A stretch of 64,000 bases of DNA from an uncultured Bacteriovoracaceae bacterium (lineage in GTDB: Bacteria; Bdellovibrionota; Bacteriovoracia; Bacteriovoracales; Bacteriovoracaceae), in the NCBI GenBank assembly GCA_964012805.1, contig CAXGUD010000003.1, positions 32,001 to 96,000 on the forward strand, read 5' to 3'. The notes beneath the pieces are model-generated. The model made no database searches. It saw nothing but the letters and a program-made list of their open reading frames with translations, and had not been told where the DNA came from. Positions within the stretch are counted from its first letter, which is position 1, and every line of letters begins with the position of its first letter. The position numbers and the translations under genes are program-made. Of the stretch, positions 57,744 to 64,000 are shown in pieces.

Positions 57744-58958
57744 GTGATCGAGTTATTAAAAAAACATAAAGATATTTTTTTATTTTCATTTTTAATTATG
57801 TTTTTTTCAGGTTTTGGTCAGTCGTTTTTACTAGGTCAGTATTTTTTCCATATAAAAAAAGACCTCCTCTTAACAGGAACTGATCTTAGTATCGCTTATT
57901 CTTTAGGAACTTTAGCAGCAAGTTTTAATCTATCCACAATTGGATCAATTATTGACAAGTGGAGCTGGAAGAAAAGTACTCTTGTCACAGTCAGCTTTAT
58001 TTTTTTAGGACAATTGATTCTATCTCAAGCAAATTCACTTCTATTTCTTTTTTTGGGTTTTTACGTTCTCCGTTGTTTCGGGCAGATGACATTAAGTTCC
58101 ATTGCTGCAACTTTGATTGGAAAAGTTTTTGGAGGTCATCGGGGAAAGTTTAATACAATGGCCTACTATGGAAGGAGCTTGGCAGAAGGTATTCTTCCAA
58201 GTTTTGTTGCTTTTTTGATCTCTGTTGTCATGTGGAGGAATAGTTTTATCTTATCTGGTTTTTTTATCCTCATCATTATGGTTCCAACAACACTTCTTTT
58301 AGCAGATAGAATTGGGAAATCACCAATTTATGCTGATAAAAATAGGTTAAAAAATACCTCACCGACAAAAAATATGAGTTGGAAAGATCTTCTTTCTAAA
58401 GAGAAGAAAGCTTTTTTCATGATGTTAGGGTTTACAGCTTTGCCTTTTATCTTAACTGGAATTTTTATACAGCAAGGTGACTTAGTTGAAAGCCGGGGCT
58501 TCGAAATGAAAGATGCAGCTTTAGGCTTCGTCTTTTTTTCTTGTTTTCAAATTATAGGAAACACTATTTTCGGTTTTTTGGTTGATAGGTTTGGTGCTTT
58601 CAACTTAGTTCTTTTCCTTCCTCTTTTTCTGTCTGTGGCTATTTTTTTATTAATGACAGGAAGTTCTCTTCAGCTTTTTTTTATAGCTTTTGGATTTTTG
58701 GGTTTTTCTGTGGGGGTTCAGAACTCTGTTGTTAATGCTTTTTGGGCGGAAGCTTATGGTACACGCTGTCTGGGAAGGATTAAGGGAATGGATTCAACTA
58801 TGGTTGTGTTAAGTACTTCCCTTGCTCCACTAGTCTTCTCTTTTCTTTTAGATCAAGGATTTTCGTTTTCATTTGTTATGGGAATGTGTCTAGGATTACT
58901 TGGAGTTTCTTTAATTACACTTTTTTTGGGAATTCGAATGTTTAAGTTTTCAAGTTAA
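57744..58958 (+). CDS. MFS transporter
   Basis: About 12 TMs, SGFGQS, GSIIDKW and GFLVDRFG motif A, AEAYGT..LGRI. Confidence 0.9.
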   Translation: MIELLKKHKDIFLFSFLIMFFSGFGQSFLLGQYFFHIKKDLLLTGTDLSIAYSLGTLAASFNLSTIGSIIDKWSWKKSTLVTVSFIFLGQLILSQANSLLFLFLGFYVLRCFGQMTLSSIAATLIGKVFGGHRGKFNTMAYYGRSLAEGILPSFVAFLISVVMWRNSFILSGFFILIIMVPTTLLLADRIGKSPIYADKNRLKNTSPTKNMSWKDLLSKEKKAFFMMLGFTALPFILTGIFIQQGDLVESRGFEMKDAALGFVFFSCFQIIGNTIFGFLVDRFGAFNLVLFLPLFLSVAIFLLMTGSSLQLFFIAFGFLGFSVGVQNSVVNAFWAEAYGTRCLGRIKGMDSTMVVLSTSLAPLVFSFLLDQGFSFSFVMGMCLGLLGVSLITLFLGIRMFKFSS

Positions 58959-59332
58959 AGAATAACTCCTGGGCAACCAGTTCTTACAACTTCTTCGTCT
59001 TCCCTATTTATTTTTTGCCTTAAAAGACTGATTTCTAAATTTATTTCATAATGATTTTTTTTAAGCTTTTTTCTAAGGGTTTCTTTTTCTGGAGTTAGGT
59101 TTTTTTGAAGGTTAAGGTTTCTTCTAGAAAGCGCCATAAGCTTAAGTTTGTGGCGGATTCTTTCCTTCCTCCTTTTCAATAAAACTTCGCACCTTCTCGA
59201 GAGACTGGGGTCTGTAACAACACTTCTCTCAGGAAGAAGTCTTTCTTTTGAAAAGAGGAGAGATGGGACAAAGCAAAATAAAGAAATAGTGAGGAATAGG
59301 CAGGATATTTTAGCATGTTCATGACTCATCAT
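58955..59332 (-). CDS. Hypothetical secreted coiled-coil protein
   Basis: Signal peptide, basic helical body bracketed by two Cys (RRC...GCPG). Confidence 0.65.
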   Translation of the reverse strand: MMSHEHAKISCLFLTISLFCFVPSLLFSKERLLPERSVVTDPSLSRRCEVLLKRRKERIRHKLKLMALSRRNLNLQKNLTPEKETLRKKLKKNHYEINLEISLLRQKINREDEEVVRTGCPGVIL

Positions 59333-59451
59333 GGACTCAAACTCCCGTTTTAGATAGGGGGGAAGCCTCTTGTGTTTTGCATTATATCACTACTTTGCCA
59401 AAAAAAAGAGGAAGTGGTAAGTTCTTCCTGGCCAAGCCCAAGTGAGAAAAA

Positions 59452-60273
59452 ATGACCTCTAAAAATATTCTTATTTTAATTCCGGCCCGTTATCAATCCT
59501 CCCGTTTTCCGGGAAAGCCTCTTGCTCCCATCGCTGGTAAAACGATGATCCAAAGAGTCTATGAAAATTGTCAGAGAGCTGAAGAGACAGAGATAGCTAA
59601 AAAGGAAGGGTTAAGTATTCATGTCGGCGTGGTTACCGATAATGATAAAATTGAAGAGCATGTCAAAAGTTTTAATGGAAATGTATACAGGGTTGATGAT
59701 GATGTCCCTTCTGGCTCTGAAAGAATATACCTCGCATATAAAAGGTATTTCGAGGAAAAAGAAAGAGTTGACCTTCTTATAAATGTACAAGGAGATGAGC
59801 CTCTTCTCAATCCTAAAAGAGTTTCGAATCTTGCAGCTTTTCATTTGCACTCAACGTTCGATGTGGCGACATTGGTAAAGCCTATGATAGGCTCCGTTGA
59901 TCGTTGGAAATGTCCTAACTCTGTCAAAACAATTTTTGTTAAACAATCTAATAAGTGTCTTTATTTTTCGAGGGCCCCAATTCCTTTTAAAAGGTCTAAT
60001 GGTAAGCCTGATAACTTAAAAGAAGCTATGGAAGAAAGTTCGTTACTTTGGCATTTGCATATTGGGGTCTACTCTTACAAGTTAGGAGGGCTTAGGTCCT
60101 TCAATGAAATGGACTCTTCTTATTATGAAAACTCCGAACAATTGGAACAATTAAGAGCGCTTGAAATGGGTCTTGAAATAGGGGCCATAGAGGTTAATGA
60201 CAATTTGGTCGGAGTTGATACTCCGGAAGACATCCAAAGGGTGGAAGGGTTGATTCTTGACAAAGAAACTTGA
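59452..60273 (+). CDS. kdsB: 3-deoxy-manno-octulosonate cytidylyltransferase
   Basis: IPARYQSSRFPGKPL, NVQGDEP, YFSRAPIP, HIGVY, EQLEQLRALE, VDTPED. Confidence 0.95.
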   Translation: MTSKNILILIPARYQSSRFPGKPLAPIAGKTMIQRVYENCQRAEETEIAKKEGLSIHVGVVTDNDKIEEHVKSFNGNVYRVDDDVPSGSERIYLAYKRYFEEKERVDLLINVQGDEPLLNPKRVSNLAAFHLHSTFDVATLVKPMIGSVDRWKCPNSVKTIFVKQSNKCLYFSRAPIPFKRSNGKPDNLKEAMEESSLLWHLHIGVYSYKLGGLRSFNEMDSSYYENSEQLEQLRALEMGLEIGAIEVNDNLVGVDTPEDIQRVEGLILDKET

Positions 60274-61867
60274 AAAGAAATTTATTTTTTTTACCGGCGG
60301 TGTGGCCAGTTCTTTAGGAAAAGGATTGGCAGCAGCCTCCCTTGGAGCGCTTCTTGAGAGGCGTGGTATAAAAATAAATATGCTTAAAATGGATCCTTAT
60401 ATAAATGTTGATCCTGGGACAATGAGTCCTACGCAGCATGGAGAAGTTTTTGTAACCGATGACGGCGCTGAAACTGACTTGGATTTAGGGCATTATGAAA
60501 GATTTACTTCACTTACTTTGAGAAAATCCTCTAACTTCACGACCGGGCAGGTTTATCTTGAGGTTATAGAAAATGAAAGAAGAGGTAAATATCTTGGCAA
60601 AACTGTCCAGGTTGTTCCCCACATTACTAATGAAATAAAACGAAGAATACATGTTGCTGCAGAGGATGCTGACCTTTTGATAGGTGAGATTGGGGGGACG
60701 GTAGGTGATATTGAATCTCAACCTTTTCTTGAATCGATCAGGCAATTTTCTAATGATGTTGGGCCAGAAAATGTCCTATTTGTCCATCTTGTATTGATCC
60801 CCTATATTAAAGCTGCCGGGGAGCTCAAGTCAAAACCTGCACAGCATTCTGTGAAAGAGTTGCGCTCTATAGGTCTTTTTCCTCAAATAATTATTTGCCG
60901 ATCAGAAAAAGAACCAGAAAAGGGAATGATTGAAAAATTGAGCCTTTTTTGTAATGTCAGGAAAGATCAAATCTTTTTATCAAGTGACCTTGATTCTATT
61001 TATAAGTTACCCCTTAATTTTCATGAACAGGGCTTAGATGACAAGGTCGCAGAACTTCTTGGCATGTGGACCACAAGACCTAACATTCAAGATCTGGAGA
61101 AAGTTGTCTACAACGTGGAACACCCATTGAAGGTTGTTAAGATTGCGATCGTGGGAAAATATACAGACTTGGTTGAGTCTTATAAATCTTTGGCCGAAGC
61201 TCTTCAGCATGGATGTATTTCCCAGCAATTGAAACTAGAGCCCATTTTTATTGACGCAGAAAATTCTTTAAAAAATGAATCTGATCTTAAAGAGTTCTTT
61301 CATGGCGTTCATGGAATTCTAGTCCCGGGAGGTTTTGGCTCAAGGGGAACCGAAGGAAAAATTAGGGCCATTCATTACGCGAGGACAAATGGGATCCCAT
61401 TTCTTGGTATTTGCCTGGGTATGCAATTGGCCATGGTAGAGTATGGGCGCCACAAAGTGGGCTTAGCGAATTCCAACTCTGAAGAGTTTACTAATGAGGG
61501 GGATTTAGTTGTCCATTATATGGAAGGACAAGAGAAAGATGGGCCGAAGGGCGGAAATATGAGGTTAGGGGCTTATCAATGTAAGCTCAAAAAAGGCTCT
61601 TTGGTTGAAAAAATTTATGGAAAAATGGAAGTGTTTGAAAGGCACCGTCACAGGCTTGAAGTTAACAATTCTTATGTTGAAAAGTTTGAGAAGGCAGGGA
61701 TAGTTGTTTCGGGAAGAAATGATTCTCATGGGCTTGTTGAAATTATTGAGATTCCTAACCATCCTTTTTTTGTTGCGTGTCAATTTCATCCTGAGTTTAA
61801 ATCAAGACCTTACTCCCCACACCCTTTGTTTAAAGGTTTTATTGAGTCTTCTTCCTCTCAATCTTGA
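60257..61867 (+). CDS. pyrG: CTP synthase
   Basis: TGGVASSLGKG, DPGTMSP.QHGEVFVT, GICLGMQ, ERHRHR, QFHPEF. Confidence 0.97.
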   Translation: MTKKLEKKFIFFTGGVASSLGKGLAAASLGALLERRGIKINMLKMDPYINVDPGTMSPTQHGEVFVTDDGAETDLDLGHYERFTSLTLRKSSNFTTGQVYLEVIENERRGKYLGKTVQVVPHITNEIKRRIHVAAEDADLLIGEIGGTVGDIESQPFLESIRQFSNDVGPENVLFVHLVLIPYIKAAGELKSKPAQHSVKELRSIGLFPQIIICRSEKEPEKGMIEKLSLFCNVRKDQIFLSSDLDSIYKLPLNFHEQGLDDKVAELLGMWTTRPNIQDLEKVVYNVEHPLKVVKIAIVGKYTDLVESYKSLAEALQHGCISQQLKLEPIFIDAENSLKNESDLKEFFHGVHGILVPGGFGSRGTEGKIRAIHYARTNGIPFLGICLGMQLAMVEYGRHKVGLANSNSEEFTNEGDLVVHYMEGQEKDGPKGGNMRLGAYQCKLKKGSLVEKIYGKMEVFERHRHRLEVNNSYVEKFEKAGIVVSGRNDSHGLVEIIEIPNHPFFVACQFHPEFKSRPYSPHPLFKGFIESSSSQS

Positions 61868-61934
61868 TTTGATTCTGTGTTTAATAGGGTGTACAACCTT
61901 TGTTATTCTCAGATTCTTTTTCAGGAAAATAGTG

Positions 61935-62738
61935 ATGAAAACTAAAGAAAAGTTTGATTTTTTTATTGGCCCTTGCGTCTTGGAGAGTGAGCCCTTAGCT
62001 TTTGGTATTGCTGAAAGGGTTAAGTTAGATCTGGCGCCTTTAACTGATAAAATAAATGTTCACTTTAAAGGAAGTTTTGATAAGGCCAATCGGTCATCTA
62101 TAAACTCCTATAGAGGACCAGGAATTGAAAAAGGTCTTCAAATACTGGAAGGTATTAAAGAAAAATTTGACCTTCCTGTTCTTACAGATATTCACTTGCC
62201 TTCTCAGGCGGAAAAAGTTGCTGAGGTTGTCGATATTGTCCAAATCCCTGCTTTTCTATGCAGACAAACCGATATAATTGTATCTGCTGCAAAAGCATGT
62301 CAGAAATTCGGTCGTAAGCTAAAAGTAAAGAAAGGACAATTTTTGAGTCCAGAAGAAACATCAAATATTGTAGAAAAAGCTTCCCACTACTTGAAGAAGG
62401 AGGATATTTTGTTAACTGAGAGAGGAACTTCTTTTGGTTACAATAACCTTGTCGTCGATATGGCATCTTTTCAAACGATGAAAAGCTTTGGTGTTAAAGC
62501 CGTACACGATGCAACACATTGTGTACAGCGTCCAGGTGGTCTTGGAGACTCTACTGGCGGGAAAAGAGGTGCCATTAAGGTTTTAGCGAGGGCAGCTGTT
62601 GCTGCAGGTGCAGATGGTGTTTTTATGGAGGTTCACCCTGAGCCTAGTAAGGCCCTTTCCGACTCCTCAACTTGTTTACCAATTGATGAGATGAAAGACC
62701 TTGTGTCAGGTCTAGTGGATATATATCAGGTTCTTTGA
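61935..62738 (+). CDS. kdsA: KDO8P synthase
   Basis: GPCVLES, KGSFDKANRSS, QIPAFLCRQTD, KKGQF, ERGTSFGY, DATH.VQRPG; start set at ATG 61935 (or GTG 61932). Confidence 0.95.
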   Translation: MKTKEKFDFFIGPCVLESEPLAFGIAERVKLDLAPLTDKINVHFKGSFDKANRSSINSYRGPGIEKGLQILEGIKEKFDLPVLTDIHLPSQAEKVAEVVDIVQIPAFLCRQTDIIVSAAKACQKFGRKLKVKKGQFLSPEETSNIVEKASHYLKKEDILLTERGTSFGYNNLVVDMASFQTMKSFGVKAVHDATHCVQRPGGLGDSTGGKRGAIKVLARAAVAAGADGVFMEVHPEPSKALSDSSTCLPIDEMKDLVSGLVDIYQVL

Positions 62739-62774
62739 GAGATAAGGAACTCATTTTTATAAAGATAAGAGGCC

Positions 62775-63323
62775 ATGAGGAATTTAAGAAAACTTGCTAA
62801 AGAATTTAAAGGAAAGTTGGACCCTATTAAGGTGGCCCTCTTTGATATTGATGGTATTTTAACCAACGGTCTCATTCACTGGGATGGAAAAGAAGTTGGT
62901 TATAATAGAGCAACGCATGCACAAGATGGATATGGCATGAAGCTCCTTATGGACTTTGGTATTAAAGTCGGAGTCATATCAGGTGGTAACAGCCTTGGTG
63001 TTCAAAAACGCTTTAAGGAAAACCTTAATCTAGACCTTGTTTTTCTTGGGAATGAAGATAAAAGGGAAGCCTACTTACAAGTTTTGGATCTAGGATATAA
63101 AGATGAAGAAGTCTTGTATATGGGGGATGAGCTTTTTGATATACCTCTCTTAAAAAGAGCAGGTTTTTCAGCCACAGTTCCAAATGCTGGTCATGAAGTT
63201 CATGAGTCTGTTGATTATATAACTCAAAGGCATAGTGGAATGGCTTGTGCTCGAGAAGTTATTGATATTTTGAGATATGCTAAGGGCATAGAGCCAAAAA
63301 TACCAACCTTCCCATCAAATTAA
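62775..63323 (+). CDS. kdsC: KDO8P phosphatase (HAD family)
   Basis: FDIDGILTNG, QDGYG, YMGDELFD, ACARE; kds operon context. Confidence 0.9.
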   Translation: MRNLRKLAKEFKGKLDPIKVALFDIDGILTNGLIHWDGKEVGYNRATHAQDGYGMKLLMDFGIKVGVISGGNSLGVQKRFKENLNLDLVFLGNEDKREAYLQVLDLGYKDEEVLYMGDELFDIPLLKRAGFSATVPNAGHEVHESVDYITQRHSGMACAREVIDILRYAKGIEPKIPTFPSN

Positions 63324-63351
63324 ATGATAATAAAATAAAAGTTGAAATAAA

Positions 63352-63627
63352 ATGAGAAAAGAATTCGATAAAAAATCACTGGAAAAGTTAAAGCACCTTT
63401 TGGAAGAAAACCATAATTGGCCAGATGAATTTATTTTTAAATTTATTGTTCCCTTTACAAGCGTAGACCTTCTTTCAGCTATCCTGTCACCAACTCCTGT
63501 TCAAAAGAAAGCTTCTAGAACTGGGAAGTATGTAAGTGTGACTTGTAAAAAAATGGTGACTTCTTCTGAAGAAGTACTTGCGATTTATGAAGAGGTATCT
63601 AAAATAAAGGGAATTATATCGCTGTAA
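63352..63627 (+). CDS. DUF493 family protein
   Basis: WP..FIFKFIVP, SRTGKYVSVT, IY...S.IKGIISL. Confidence 0.85.
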   Translation: MRKEFDKKSLEKLKHLLEENHNWPDEFIFKFIVPFTSVDLLSAILSPTPVQKKASRTGKYVSVTCKKMVTSSEEVLAIYEEVSKIKGIISL

Positions 63628-63677
63628 TAAACCATTATTCTAGGTTCCTTAGTTTTTAAGGAAAGAAGGAGTTTTTT

Positions 63678-64000
63678 GTGAGGTATGATCTTGCCTTGGT
63701 TGTGGGGGCGGGAGCCTTTGGAACTTCAATAGCTTCTGTTTTGGCCAATAATTTTGATAAAGTTGTTCTTAAAGTACGTTCAGAAGATAATTATGAAAGT
63801 CTAAAGAAAGGTGAAAATTCAATCTACCTTCCAGGTATAAAGCTTCCCGAAAATATAATTCCTGCGTTGAGTTGGGAAGAGGTTGATTCCCTTTCAGAGA
63901 AAAAGTGTGAACTTGTTGTTTCAGGTTTACCAACTCAAGGAATCAAAGTTTTCTTTTCAGAAAATCACGACCGCTTTGAAAACTATTTTAAAAAAGGTGT
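63678..64000 (+). CDS. gpsA: NAD(P)H-dependent glycerol-3-phosphate dehydrogenase, truncated by the window end; absent from the ORF track
   Basis: AAGGAG SD, GTG start, VVGAGAFGTSIA Rossmann motif, ENSIYLPGIKLPENI, LPTQ. Confidence 0.88.
   Translation, partial: MRYDLALVVGAGAFGTSIASVLANNFDKVVLKVRSEDNYESLKKGENSIYLPGIKLPENIIPALSWEEVDSLSEKKCELVVSGLPTQGIKVFFSENHDRFENYFKKG

Noticed and set aside
61704..61934. Hydrophobic N-terminal extension of KdsA in the track
   Set aside because: Overlaps pyrG in another frame; KdsA homology begins at MKTKEK
2695..62466. Many 60-102 aa ORFs nested in or antisense to long genes (for example 2695, 7131, 19872, 31360, 45083, 50322, 62182)
   Set aside because: They overlap well-supported genes and show no motifs or independent expression signals
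1..64000. CRISPR arrays, tRNA/rRNA genes, IS elements, prophage or defence systems
   Set aside because: No spaced repeats, cloverleaf motifs, transposase, integrase or defence-type ORFs seen; the helicase is an ordinary UvrD/Rep

Overview
AT-rich, gene-dense core chromosome segment. The gene content points to a predatory Bdellovibrionota (Bacteriovoracaceae-like) genome; this is inferred from a TIGR02147 protein, DUF4360, a GldAFG/DUF4340 operon, a Tad locus, a CheX fusion and kdsB-pyrG-kdsA order. It encodes amino-acid catabolism (fused IOR plus a Nudix-MBL fusion, liuBCDE-type leucine cluster, FAH/maiA), housekeeping genes (uvrD/rep, metG, dtd, rlmI-like, ettA, aspartokinase, purB, pyrG, kdsABC, manC, partial gpsA), signalling proteins, a divergent and dispersed Tad pilus locus, a large subtilase and many secreted or outer-membrane orphans. 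I saw no tRNA, rRNA, CRISPR array, transposase or phage gene. Best leads: (1) an unlisted 47-aa highly basic protein with its own RBS and terminator, lying antisense inside the Tad locus (candidate lineage-specific ribosomal or nucleic-acid-binding protein); (2) maiA appears to need an ATT start codon; (3) a two-gene CheX-fusion plus orphan operon behind a sigma28-like promoter; (4) a secreted catalase-fold protein; (5) a one-lobed periplasmic-binding-protein derivative; (6) four TTAA boxes at exact 11-bp period upstream of the DUF4360 gene. All family assignments come from motif recognition by eye, not database searches.
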